Positions 9,799-19,176 of a stretch of 64,000 bases of DNA are shown here, piece by piece. The first letter of the stretch is position 1. Each line of letters starts with the position of its first letter. The stretch spans positions 986-64,985 of IMG/VR virus record IMGVR_UViG_3300020578_000065. One strand, written 5' to 3'. This DNA comes from a virus. Taxonomy: Duplodnaviria > Caudoviricetes. The notes under the pieces were generated by a model, which was given only the letters and a program-made list of their open reading frames with translations, searched no databases and had not been told where the DNA came from. Both the position numbers and the translations under genes were made by a program.

Positions 9799-9949
9799 AT
9801 TGTATTTATCAAAAAGACAACTTAGCGGTTCATTGTTTTATAGACTGGTGTTGTATATTTATCACCTTTTTACAACACAAATAGCGTTAACACTTAAGGT
9901 TTATAAAGGCTTTAAATATTATTGTACTGTTATAAAAAGGAGGTACAAA

Positions 9950-10720
9950 TTGGGCAAGAGAAAAACTGGTGAGTTACGTAAAGAACAACAGAAATACATC
10001 AATAAAAATTATGTAAAAACAATCAAAATTCAAGAAAATACAGTAAATCTTGTTACAGAAAATTATAAACGAAACAATAAAAAACCTATTGTACTGCTAC
10101 CGCAGTCAGTCAATCAAGAAAAATACATCCTATCACTAATCGACAGAGACTTAGACATCGTAGTTGTATCCGGTCCAGCTGGCACCGGTAAGACGTACTT
10201 AGCGATGCTAGCCGCGATCAAGTCCCTAAGACAAGGCGACTGCGATAAGATCATATTGACTAGACCTGCGGTAGCGGTCGATGATGAAAAACATGGATTT
10301 TTACCCGGTGATTTGAACAGTAAAATGGAGCCCTGGGTAAGACCATTAATTGATGTTGTTCAGGAGTTTTATTCTATTAAGGAAATAAAATACATGCTAG
10401 AAGAACAGATAATTGAAATTGTTCCATTAGCATTCTGTCGTGGTCGTAATTTTAAAAATGCTTTTATCATATTAGATGAAGCACAAAATGCTACACCAAG
10501 TCAATTAAAAATGTTAATGACACGTATTGCAGAAGGTAGTAAAATAGTCATTACAGGAGATATTGATCAAACAGACAGACGAACAATAGATAATGGTATA
10601 TATGACCTTATACAAAGACTAAATTTTAAACCTACAAATAGAATTGATGTTTGTAAGTTTGAAACAAAAGATATCAGAAGACATCCAATTATTGAAAGTG
10701 TGTTAGCACTTTATAATTAG
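9950..10720 (+). CDS. phoH: PhoH-family ATPase
   Basis: GPAGTGKT, ILTRPAV, GFLPGDL, RGRNF, LDEAQN, GDIDQTD, IRRHP; probable start is TTG at 9950 behind AAGGAGG (the ORF track overextends to 9662). Confidence 0.95.
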   Translation: MGKRKTGELRKEQQKYINKNYVKTIKIQENTVNLVTENYKRNNKKPIVLLPQSVNQEKYILSLIDRDLDIVVVSGPAGTGKTYLAMLAAIKSLRQGDCDKIILTRPAVAVDDEKHGFLPGDLNSKMEPWVRPLIDVVQEFYSIKEIKYMLEEQIIEIVPLAFCRGRNFKNAFIILDEAQNATPSQLKMLMTRIAEGSKIVITGDIDQTDRRTIDNGIYDLIQRLNFKPTNRIDVCKFETKDIRRHPIIESVLALYN

Positions 10721-11004
10721 AATTTTTTCTTTTTATCTTGTTGCGCCTTAAATGATATTGGAGCGTCACGCTCTAGTTGTGTGACGAGGCTAGGATATAC
10801 CTTTCTATAATACTCGGCCAATTCATCAAAGGTCTTGTCAAGTTTTTGTCCTTCTATTACACACTTTTCAACTTTGCGTGTAGCAAAGTCCATAATTACG
10901 TGGCAGGTAGAACCATCACTCTTTTTTAAGGCTTTACGTACAACCAGTTGTTCATCAATTTGACCGCCTGGCTTACGAAAAAAGGTTAAACACAAATATC
11001 TCAT
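10717..11004 (-). CDS. Hypothetical protein
   Basis: 95-aa ORF downstream of the clamp loader, convergent with phoH. Confidence 0.65.
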   Translation of the reverse strand: MRYLCLTFFRKPGGQIDEQLVVRKALKKSDGSTCHVIMDFATRKVEKCVIEGQKLDKTFDELAEYYRKVYPSLVTQLERDAPISFKAQQDKKKKF

Positions 11005-11017
11005 ATTAATACCTGTT

Positions 11018-11944
11018 TTATAGTTCTGATAATTCTGCTAGGGTAGCCGAAACTGCTATTTCAGAAATTGCAACTGATGGCAACACAGCCATGTTATTTT
11101 TAATAATTTGTATTGCCTTATCTTTCTTTTGATTTGTATCAGCCCATAAATCTAGGTTATTATACATCCAACGATAAATCTCTTCAACTCTAGTTGGATG
11201 CATATTTAGATGTTCAAGCAATTTCTTTCTTGCTTCATAGGCTTGCTTAGTTTTAAATAATTGAACTGCATTTACTAGAAACGCATCATCATCAGTATTA
11301 GAATTAATTAATGAATTAAGTTTACCATTAATGACACTTTGCTGTAATGTGTTTAGACACTTGCGTAAATCGGGATAACTTCCGCGCACATATGTGTCCA
11401 AAGTGTCTAAATCAAAATCGACATTTTCACTTACTAATACTGTAGCCGCTCTTGATGTGAACTCAACAATATCTGGATTATTAATGTGGAATTCCTGACA
11501 GCGACTTTTTAGCGCAGGAATAATACGATACTGATAATTGCATGTGAGTATATAGCGTACTGTCATGTGATATGCTTCCATATCATTTCTTAAAGCAGCT
11601 TGTGCATTAGGAGTAAGATAATCTGCCTCATCTAAAAGAACTACCTTTAACTTGCCAAACGGCATAGTCTGTACGAAACTGTTGATCTTTGTACGTAGGT
11701 TCTCAATACCATTTTCACGACTTGCGTTAATTTCTAGCACATCGTATGGGTCTATTTCAAGTGCTGATATAAGAACTTTTGCTAGTGTGGTTTTTCCAAC
11801 ACCAGGATCGCCGCTTAATAATAGATGTGGGATGCTTTCTTCAGCGATCCAGCGTTCAACAGTTTGGCGCTGAGTGTCATCAGCAAATACATATTCGCTA
11901 ACAGTTTTAGGTCTGTATGCTTCGACCCAGAGTTTATTTTTCAT
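11018..11944 (-). CDS. gp44: Sliding-clamp loader large subunit (T4 gp44/RFC-like)
   Basis: LWVEAYRP, GDPGVGKTT, EINAS, LLDEAD, ALKSRC (SRC motif), YPDLRK. Confidence 0.92.
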   Translation of the reverse strand: MKNKLWVEAYRPKTVSEYVFADDTQRQTVERWIAEESIPHLLLSGDPGVGKTTLAKVLISALEIDPYDVLEINASRENGIENLRTKINSFVQTMPFGKLKVVLLDEADYLTPNAQAALRNDMEAYHMTVRYILTCNYQYRIIPALKSRCQEFHINNPDIVEFTSRAATVLVSENVDFDLDTLDTYVRGSYPDLRKCLNTLQQSVINGKLNSLINSNTDDDAFLVNAVQLFKTKQAYEARKKLLEHLNMHPTRVEEIYRWMYNNLDLWADTNQKKDKAIQIIKNNMAVLPSVAISEIAVSATLAELSEL

Positions 11945-11983
11945 ACAACTAGATTATCTAAACTATAGTGTTTAGTCAAGTAA

Positions 11984-12337
11984 TTAAATGCCCTTATCAC
12001 TAAATGTAAGGTCGTTAACGGGTTCGTCGCTAACAAGCAATATGTCTTTTGGATCAACTTTGCGTATTACAACTTCGCCATTTTCATCTTCAATATTAAT
12101 GCCACGTGTCCAACGACCATGACTGACCATAATATATTGTCCAACTTCTAATCCTTTTACTTCAGGGCCTAGTGCGTATATCTTACCCCAGCGTGGGCGT
12201 ATACCATTACTTTTCATATCGTCATTAATAATCACGATACCACCATCACTTAAACGTTCATCAAACTTCATATCAGATACGATAATGGTATCCTTAAGTG
12301 GACGTATTTTACCAGTTTTTGTTAATCCATATGCCAT
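11984..12337 (-). CDS. groES: GroES-like co-chaperonin
   Basis: IRPLKDTIIV, GGIVI mobile loop, G.IYALGP, LEVGQ, KDIL. Confidence 0.8.
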   Translation of the reverse strand: MAYGLTKTGKIRPLKDTIIVSDMKFDERLSDGGIVIINDDMKSNGIRPRWGKIYALGPEVKGLEVGQYIMVSHGRWTRGINIEDENGEVVIRKVDPKDILLVSDEPVNDLTFSDKGI

Positions 12338-12338
12338 A

Positions 12339-12680
12339 TTACTTTTTTATCCCCTTGGCTTTAATTTTTTCTACTTCAATATCATGTTGTAGATCACTAA
12401 TTAAATCTTTTTCCTCTTCAGTAAGAGTATATTCAGATTCTGGTGCCTGTGTTGGCTTCTGAACAGCGCGTTTTGCTTGTGCAGAGCGTGTACCAACAGT
12501 AGCAGCATACCCTGAAGCAACTTTTTCAGTGACGGGTACGATTACCTTACCTTCACTATCAATAGTGTCTCCACGTGCATTAACTTTCATGTTGCCAACA
12601 GCGCGAGCCTTTTCATTTTTAGCTGCTAATGCTGTCATGTCTAATGTTCTACCTTGTGCTGTTCGATATTTACCTGTCAT
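12339..12680 (-). CDS. Hypothetical protein
   Basis: 113-aa ORF with a GGAG RBS (YRTAQGR...AVGNMKVNARGD). Confidence 0.7.
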   Translation of the reverse strand: MTGKYRTAQGRTLDMTALAAKNEKARAVGNMKVNARGDTIDSEGKVIVPVTEKVASGYAATVGTRSAQAKRAVQKPTQAPESEYTLTEEEKDLISDLQHDIEVEKIKAKGIKK

Positions 12681-12689
12681 AAAAAACTC

Positions 12690-13190
12690 CTATTTTAGAA
12701 ACTCCTCAATAGGGAGATCATAATATAGACTATTTATTTTGTGAATACCTATCAAAAATAATACAAAACTTGCTACACTACTACCTCTACCCACACCCCA
12801 AACTATATTATTTTCTCGCATAGTATCGACCAAATATTTAAGATATTGCAATAACGAAAACATATTACGCTCTTGAAATAATAGTAACTCATGTCCTGCA
12901 CGGTGTAATTCGCTATCGGATTTACACTGTTCTAATACCCATTTAGCGATATCCATATTTTTATATTCGTCCGGCATAAGCCAATTTGATTGTTTTTGCT
13001 CATCAAATTTATCTATAGAAATATCCGGGTCATTGTATTTTTGTAGATTTGGAAAATTATCTAAATTTAAAGTATTTGTAATTTCAGTGGCGGTCAAAAC
13101 ATTACGTAACTTAAGTTCAGGATTTTCCAGATAAAGGTCGCAGAGTTCGCCTTCACTATAAATGAATTGTCCATACTTATCTATTAGCAT
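12690..13190 (-). CDS. dnaE: DNA polymerase III alpha (DnaE) fragment, probable split polymerase
   Basis: LQYLKYLVDTMRENNIVWGVGRGSSVASFVLFLIGIHKINSLYYDLPIEEFLK matches the DnaE GxGRGS...L.FERFL region and ends before the PDxDxD motif. Confidence 0.8.
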   Translation of the reverse strand: MLIDKYGQFIYSEGELCDLYLENPELKLRNVLTATEITNTLNLDNFPNLQKYNDPDISIDKFDEQKQSNWLMPDEYKNMDIAKWVLEQCKSDSELHRAGHELLLFQERNMFSLLQYLKYLVDTMRENNIVWGVGRGSSVASFVLFLIGIHKINSLYYDLPIEEFLK

Positions 13191-13196
13191 CTATTA

Positions 13197-13224
13197 ATTA
13201 TAACAGATATATTACTATTGTCAA
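13197..13224 (-). promoter_or_regulatory. Sigma70-type promoter TTGACA-N16-TATAAT with extended -10 TG; probably leaderless
   Basis: TTGACA at 13224-13219, TATAAT at 13202-13197, ATG 6 nt downstream of the -10. Confidence 0.8.
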
Positions 13225-13760
13225 TTTTTCCAAATAAGGCCTGTCTTATTCCAATCTTCAATATCATTAAACTGTACAATCTTTTTATTTTTGGTTTTAC
13301 GTAATTTGGACTGATAATTTAAGTTGGGATCATTATACCAGTCATCTTCATTAAACTCTTCTGCTTCTTCAACTACATTATGAAAACGTATATCTGCACT
13401 AAGTTTACTACTAAGTTTGATTTCATCAATGTTGACTCGTCCTTCTGTTATAGCATTAAATTTGCGTAATAATATTAAACTAATAATTTGATCATAGGGA
13501 TCTGTGGGCAGTGTTAGGATATTCATACCTGTTTTTTCGTATAATGCTATTTGCTTTTTGTCATTTTTATTAATAAAAATACTATGCTCAACATAATTCT
13601 GTATAAAATAAAATATTCTTTCAACTGCTGTAAGTTGCTCTTCCTCTTTTTCGGTTAGTATATCTATATAAAGCGTCATATGATATAGATTCATCATATG
13701 TGCCTTTTCAAAATAAACTGCACTTAAAAAAGTAAAATCTTTTTCAATTCTAGCATTCAT
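13221..13760 (-). CDS. Hypothetical protein
   Basis: 179-aa ORF coupled to the upstream ORF by an ATGA overlap. Confidence 0.7.
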   Translation of the reverse strand: MNARIEKDFTFLSAVYFEKAHMMNLYHMTLYIDILTEKEEEQLTAVERIFYFIQNYVEHSIFINKNDKKQIALYEKTGMNILTLPTDPYDQIISLILLRKFNAITEGRVNIDEIKLSSKLSADIRFHNVVEEAEEFNEDDWYNDPNLNYQSKLRKTKNKKIVQFNDIEDWNKTGLIWKN

Positions 13761-13987
13761 TTTTTGTCAACTTTAATTTGCATGTTGACCTTTTGCTTAT
13801 CAATTAAGTCATTCATTTTTTTATTATATGCAGTACGATAACTATCTATAGCCATATTAATTTGATTAATCATTGGCCTATTACCCATACGATATGCAAA
13901 ATTTAGTTTATTTGTCAATTCACTTAATTTTGTTTGCAAATCTTCTAATGATTTATCATTCAAATCTTGAATAAACGGATGTTCCAT
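13757..13987 (-). CDS. Small helical hypothetical protein
   Basis: 76-aa ORF with a predicted helical hairpin. Confidence 0.65.
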   Translation of the reverse strand: MEHPFIQDLNDKSLEDLQTKLSELTNKLNFAYRMGNRPMINQINMAIDSYRTAYNKKMNDLIDKQKVNMQIKVDKK

Positions 13988-13990
13988 AAA

Positions 13991-15292
13991 TTAGAACGGC
14001 TGTAGCGGTACTCTCGTAAAAATATCTTTGCCTTCATAGATTGTATAATCTATATCAACGTTGCCCGAACTTACAGTTGTTAATGTATTTACCTCTGCGC
14101 CCGCTATACCATTAAATCTATTTTGGCTTATTGTTATATTAGAACCAGTAACTGATCTAACATAGTATGCTTCATTAATAGTTACATTGCCAGTATTTCC
14201 TGTACTCTCTCCGGTAAAAACGATTGGCATATTTGCAACTAAATTTGCTGTAGATCCACTTACGGTTATAATGTTTGGAGCAGTTATACTTGTAATACTA
14301 CGGTCAAATACATTTGCTGAAAAATCATCTTTAGCAACATATAGATAAGTTACTGGGTTTACTTTCATGTTACCACTGCTGCCTGCTAAATCTACATTAC
14401 CAGAAATATTAGCATTTGCTGATACTGTAAAGTGCGTAGTGTTAGCAATATTACCTACATAGTAAGTTGTACCAACCGTTACATTGGCTTCAAAGCTTGT
14501 GCCAGTAAACACTACAGGCATACCACTGTATAATGTAATAGTATTTGCAGTTACAAAGAAGTCTGAGGCTGTGCTTGATGTTGCATAAAGTTGTGTGACT
14601 TCTGGACTTACACAGACTGTACCTTCCATATCACCATACTGACCAGTGCTTGGTGGTGTACGTTGTACAATTTGTGTGCTTTGATATGGTCTGTTTACTG
14701 GAGTGATGTAAATCGAGTTGCCGCAATCAGTTGAATAACAATCTAATACTAATTCAGTACAATTATGTGGAAATGTTAATGTTGCTAAATTACCAACATT
14801 AGCATAGTTGTTTAATAATGTAGTACCATAGTCATCGTTTGAAAAAATAACTTCGCTGGGAAACTGTAGATTATAGTTTGCTGCGGTGTTACTAGTACTA
14901 ATCATTAATGTAACTTTGCTTAGTGTACCAGTTGGTGCCCAATTACCAAATGATAGTAATACGTTTCCACCTAATGTGCCGTAATGTACATCAGCAATAC
15001 CCAAATCAACAAGTATGCCGCCTGTAATAGATCCGCCAAGATTATACATAGTGCTGCGAAAGCCTAGTACGCTAGCATTAGCAATCAATACGTTAGCCAT
15101 GTTGTTATCAATAGCAGCACTGCCTATAGCATTTTTAACTACAACACTTGTTTCTAAATCTGTAATCTCCGCAGATGCTATGTCTAGATTTTGTTTGATA
15201 TTAGTGAAATTATTACGAAATCCTTGGCTATTATTATTAATGCCAGGTATTGGATAATTTACATCTAGACCATTTGTGTTAATTGTACTCAT
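13991..15292 (-). CDS. Virion structural/tail fibre-associated protein
   Basis: N-terminal YPIPGINNNSQGFRNNF...EITDL and two MP(V/I)VFTG...YYV...(F/I)T(V/I)S modules; late promoter CTAAATA at 15299-15305. Confidence 0.7.
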   Translation of the reverse strand: MSTINTNGLDVNYPIPGINNNSQGFRNNFTNIKQNLDIASAEITDLETSVVVKNAIGSAAIDNNMANVLIANASVLGFRSTMYNLGGSITGGILVDLGIADVHYGTLGGNVLLSFGNWAPTGTLSKVTLMISTSNTAANYNLQFPSEVIFSNDDYGTTLLNNYANVGNLATLTFPHNCTELVLDCYSTDCGNSIYITPVNRPYQSTQIVQRTPPSTGQYGDMEGTVCVSPEVTQLYATSSTASDFFVTANTITLYSGMPVVFTGTSFEANVTVGTTYYVGNIANTTHFTVSANANISGNVDLAGSSGNMKVNPVTYLYVAKDDFSANVFDRSITSITAPNIITVSGSTANLVANMPIVFTGESTGNTGNVTINEAYYVRSVTGSNITISQNRFNGIAGAEVNTLTTVSSGNVDIDYTIYEGKDIFTRVPLQPF

Positions 15293-15327
15293 AGTGTGTA
15301 TTTAGTATTTTATAATCCTGGGCTTTT

Positions 15328-18300
15328 TTATGCTTTTGGATATGCTGTTTTATTAGGCAATATTGTCTTTCTAGGAAACAACACTTGAAAATCTTGACTA
15401 TCAATAGGATTGGGTTGTGGAACAGCACTTGGGAGGTTTATAAATGCTCCAGGGTTAAATGTTGTATCATAGTCATATGTAAGTGATTTATTCACTGTGA
15501 ATCTATCTAATTGGAAATCAATGAGATTAAGCGATATTTTATTACCTATCTCATCTCGCCAGTTATTATTAATATTATATGCTATTTGTTCAGCATAACT
15601 TTTAAAATTATTTCTTATCCAACCGTTTTCAGTTTTTTGTTCTTCAAATTGTTTATAAGTTAACGAATCGTTATTAACTATTATTTTTGCTTCGCAATAT
15701 GCTATGACCCATGCTTTTGTAAACCCTAATGTGCTGCCATTTAATTGTTGACTTGACATCCATAGTGGTAGAAGAGCAGCACTACTGTCAACGCCTAGTA
15801 CATCTTCAACTTGCTTACGCATATTTTCTAAACTATTTGGATATAATAATCTAGCATAGCCTGGGGATAAGCTTGTATAGAAAGTTGGCTGTCCTTGATT
15901 AGTTTTAAATTTTATATCATCTTGTGTTGATAACCAAAATATTTTATCTTGTGCAAGTATATTGAGTTGAAATGGATAAATGTAACTAGTATAGATATCT
16001 GTAATACTAGTGTACCATGGTCCTAAATTTAAATCTATCCAAAAGGGCCAATTAATTTCTTTACTTACGCTAATTCCTTGGGGGTTCACTAAGTTGTCTA
16101 CAATTTCGCTATAAACAACTTCGTAAATAATTTCATTCTTTTCATTTCTTGCGATAGCAGTTTTAAGTGGACCTAAGGTAATATTTCTAAAATAATGCTG
16201 TATATTCACGCTGGCTATATATTCTGGCAAACTACTAGCTTTAATACCATAGGCATGTACATATGTAACATTTTTTGCTTTTCCAAAATTACTATCATTA
16301 ATACGATATAAATAATTGTTTGGTATTAGAGTTGTATTATCTAATAAACTGTAAATAAGTTCTCTATCAGCAATACTTGGCGTGCATTTCATATATAATG
16401 ATTCGGTCGGCTCAATAAATTTTTGAACCACATTTATTGTAAAGGTTTTTTCTTTTTGTATGTTTAATTTAAAATCTTCGCTATATGCATTTACAGTAAA
16501 TGTATATGGAATAGATATATCTTTTGATTTATAATCATCTGTAGTTTCATATGCTACGTTTCCAACTATATCCCCATTAGATAATAAAGATAAATTTTTA
16601 GGGAGTGTGTTTGCATCAGTAGTCAATTCATATAGTAATGGTACACTACTGTTTTCAGCCTGTACACGAAATACACTTGTAGTGCCATTAAATATATTAC
16701 CAAGATTATTTGGAGTGATCCATGTTATGGTATTACTAATATCATTAGTTACTAATATGCTAAAGTTATAGGCAGGACTAATAATACTTGGATTATTTGC
16801 TTTTCTTACTCTAACAGAAAAATTATATTTGTAAATAGTAGTAATAGGTACGTTTATATTGCCACGTATCCAACCTGTGCTACTATCTCCAATTAATTGT
16901 GTATCTAGTTCGGTATTATCATCTGTTGGAAAACTAAACAAATATTCTATGGTATCACTATCAAAATCATACCCTAGTATTTTAAATGTAAAATAATTAT
17001 TAGCAAAATACTTTCCAATTGGTGCATTAGTAGTTAAGGGAAATGTATCGCCAGTTATAATACTGCCTTCTGGTAAGACATAGAATCCATAATTTGAAAC
17101 ATCTTGGTCTATATTATATGTTTTTGGTCTTGTATTATAGATAATGGGAGTTCTAATATTTCCTACGCCCGTAACTAAATTTTGATTTAATACCTGTATA
17201 CTAAAACTTCTTAAAATATTTCCTAATTCGCTATCTATTCTTAGAGTAAAATTAAATATTTTATTTATTGGAGTAACTTGTGTATTGTCAGGCAATGTTG
17301 CATCCATAATGCCTGTGTCGCTTGAAATTATAAATTCTGGCCCACCCAGTGCTGTACTAATAGTAAATTCTGAGTTGCTAACAATTTTTTTAATAAAATA
17401 TGTAGTACCAGTAATATTTAAAGGATCAAATGTAGCAACACCACCAAACACTACTCCAGAAAATCTTATTGGTCTACCTATCTTAAATCCTATAGTAGAT
17501 AATGCTGTCAGTGTATTTTTTCCATATGTAGTTTTTGTAATAGCAGTATTAATTTGTTCGTAAATCTCTGTTATTACTGGTGCTTCGGCATAGCCGCGTA
17601 TTAGCCCTGCCTCGTTTATTTCTAATCCTGGTGGTAATGATCCGCTTGCTATCGCTATACTAGCGGCATACAAATTTTCTGCTGGATTAACAAATTCTAT
17701 TTGATTTGTATACCAAGTGCTATCAAGTGTTGCTTGTAATGCCCCGGCAGGAGTTTCAAAATAAGGAACTAAACTTCCAGAAATAGTCATGCTAAATGTT
17801 CTATCACTAATAAAAGAGTTATTGTCTGTGCAACGAATTACAAAAATATAAGTTTCACTTTCAACATCTTCTGACGGCGTCCCTTGTAATATTGCACTAT
17901 TATTTTGTTTGTCATTTACTAAACTTAAACCTAAAGGCAGTTTGCCTGAAATTATTTTGTATGTAAGTCTAGCAGTGGGATATGTTAGAAATGCAGTACC
18001 AGTTCCTGTTGCTGCTCCGGTAGCAATAAACTTTGTACCTATATTATTATTTGGGGCTCCTACAGTGGTAAAGTTTGTTTCTGTTAGAGGATTAACGCCA
18101 GCATTGGTACTTAATATTTCATAAGTATCTCCTGCTGTTAAATTAGTAGCTGATACAGCAGGACTACGGGCTTTAATTAGAATTCCAGGTATATTAATAT
18201 CATTTGGAAAAGTTCCTAAATTCCATGTAACATTATTATAGATGCTTGTATCAGTTACTTGTCTGCCATTTAATTCATAAAAACTAGGTGTTATCCAAAC

Positions 18301-18597
18301 AGGGTTAGGATTTTTAATAGTAATGAAAAAATCTCTTAATGATGTATTTCCTAAATCGTCATATGCTTGTATTGTAAAACCATATACAGTATCAGCGTTT
18401 ACAAATTGTGCTGTGCCACTAATTACTCCTAGCACTGACAATACTAAACCAGGAGGTAAATTTTCTGAGTATATTTTATAGAAAATGGTAGTTGCAGGAT
18501 AAACAGGAGTAGCAGACAAAGTAATAGGTATTATTAATTTTTGACTTACTATAGTACCTAAATTTCCTGCAGGTGTTACCCAAATTGGATCTGACAT
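15328..18597 (-). CDS. Large virion protein with putative Ig (He_PIG-like) repeats
   Basis: Repeated W.TP.G.LG and LP.GL.L...G.I.G motifs with Y.FT(I/V).A strands. Confidence 0.75.
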   Translation of the reverse strand: MSDPIWVTPAGNLGTIVSQKLIIPITLSATPVYPATTIFYKIYSENLPPGLVLSVLGVISGTAQFVNADTVYGFTIQAYDDLGNTSLRDFFITIKNPNPVWITPSFYELNGRQVTDTSIYNNVTWNLGTFPNDINIPGILIKARSPAVSATNLTAGDTYEILSTNAGVNPLTETNFTTVGAPNNNIGTKFIATGAATGTGTAFLTYPTARLTYKIISGKLPLGLSLVNDKQNNSAILQGTPSEDVESETYIFVIRCTDNNSFISDRTFSMTISGSLVPYFETPAGALQATLDSTWYTNQIEFVNPAENLYAASIAIASGSLPPGLEINEAGLIRGYAEAPVITEIYEQINTAITKTTYGKNTLTALSTIGFKIGRPIRFSGVVFGGVATFDPLNITGTTYFIKKIVSNSEFTISTALGGPEFIISSDTGIMDATLPDNTQVTPINKIFNFTLRIDSELGNILRSFSIQVLNQNLVTGVGNIRTPIIYNTRPKTYNIDQDVSNYGFYVLPEGSIITGDTFPLTTNAPIGKYFANNYFTFKILGYDFDSDTIEYLFSFPTDDNTELDTQLIGDSSTGWIRGNINVPITTIYKYNFSVRVRKANNPSIISPAYNFSILVTNDISNTITWITPNNLGNIFNGTTSVFRVQAENSSVPLLYELTTDANTLPKNLSLLSNGDIVGNVAYETTDDYKSKDISIPYTFTVNAYSEDFKLNIQKEKTFTINVVQKFIEPTESLYMKCTPSIADRELIYSLLDNTTLIPNNYLYRINDSNFGKAKNVTYVHAYGIKASSLPEYIASVNIQHYFRNITLGPLKTAIARNEKNEIIYEVVYSEIVDNLVNPQGISVSKEINWPFWIDLNLGPWYTSITDIYTSYIYPFQLNILAQDKIFWLSTQDDIKFKTNQGQPTFYTSLSPGYARLLYPNSLENMRKQVEDVLGVDSSAALLPLWMSSQQLNGSTLGFTKAWVIAYCEAKIIVNNDSLTYKQFEEQKTENGWIRNNFKSYAEQIAYNINNNWRDEIGNKISLNLIDFQLDRFTVNKSLTYDYDTTFNPGAFINLPSAVPQPNPIDSQDFQVLFPRKTILPNKTAYPKA

Positions 18598-18603
18598 TTT
18601 ATA

Positions 18604-19092
18604 TTACCAACTTGTTGTACCTGAGAACTTAGCCCAGGTATTTGCGTCTACACAAATATATAAGTTTCCACCGATATCATATGCAGCCTCTCCAGCAGTT
18701 CCTGGATCAGTATTTGCTGTTGGCGCTGTTGCCCATATTATGCCAGCAGCACCGGTGGCTCCGACGTTACCTTCAGGCCCAGTTGCTCCCGCACTTCCAG
18801 TGGCTCCTGCTGCCCCTGTAGCACCTGCAGCACCTGCTGCACCAGTTGCTCCCGCACTTCCAGTGGCTCCTGCTGCCCCTGTCGCCCCTGCTGGACCAGT
18901 AGCACCTGTAACATTAGCAAGAATTGATACACCGTTAGCGTAATTATAAACGTTTGCAAAAACACGATTTGCTGTAACATTACCATTAGCATAATTTAAA
19001 TTAGTAATAATATTGCCATTGGCATCAACAACATCGATAGGTGGAATGCCTACTGTGATACCGCCTAGTGAATTAAATGGTTCAGCTGCCAT
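18604..19092 (-). CDS. Collagen-like fibre/decoration protein
   Basis: Continuous Gly-X-Y run ([19 protein letters not shown]...); located directly downstream of the major capsid gene. Confidence 0.75.
   Translation of the reverse strand: MAAEPFNSLGGITVGIPPIDVVDANGNIITNLNYANGNVTANRVFANVYNYANGVSILANVTGATGPAGATGAAGATGSAGATGAAGAAGATGAAGATGSAGATGPEGNVGATGAAGIIWATAPTANTDPGTAGEAAYDIGGNLYICVDANTWAKFSGTTSW
18779..18882. repeat. 41-bp exact direct repeat (63-bp period) in the collagen region
   Basis: ccagttgctcccgcacttccagtggctcctgctgcccctgt at 18779-18819 and 18842-18882. Confidence 0.85.
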
Positions 19093-19123
19093 ATGAATTA
19101 TCCTTTATAAGAATATTTATCAC

Positions 19124-19150
19124 AAAAAAGAAAGGGCGCACTAGGCGCCC
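19124..19150 (-). terminator. Rho-independent terminator after the major capsid gene
   Basis: Minus strand reads GGGCGC-CTAGT-GCGCCC followed by TTTCTTTTTT; a late promoter GATAAATA (19114-19121) lies just beyond it. Confidence 0.85.
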
Positions 19151-19176
19151 AATCTTTTGAACAACACTTCCAACTA

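Noticed and set aside
9662-9949. N-terminal extension of PhoH in the ORF track
   Set aside because: It overlaps the opposite-strand gene and promoter region; a strong AAGGAGG precedes TTG at 9950.
18779-18882. Repeat pair as a DGR template/variable region or mini-CRISPR
   Set aside because: Two identical in-frame copies within a collagen tract, with no adenine-specific differences and no RT nearby.
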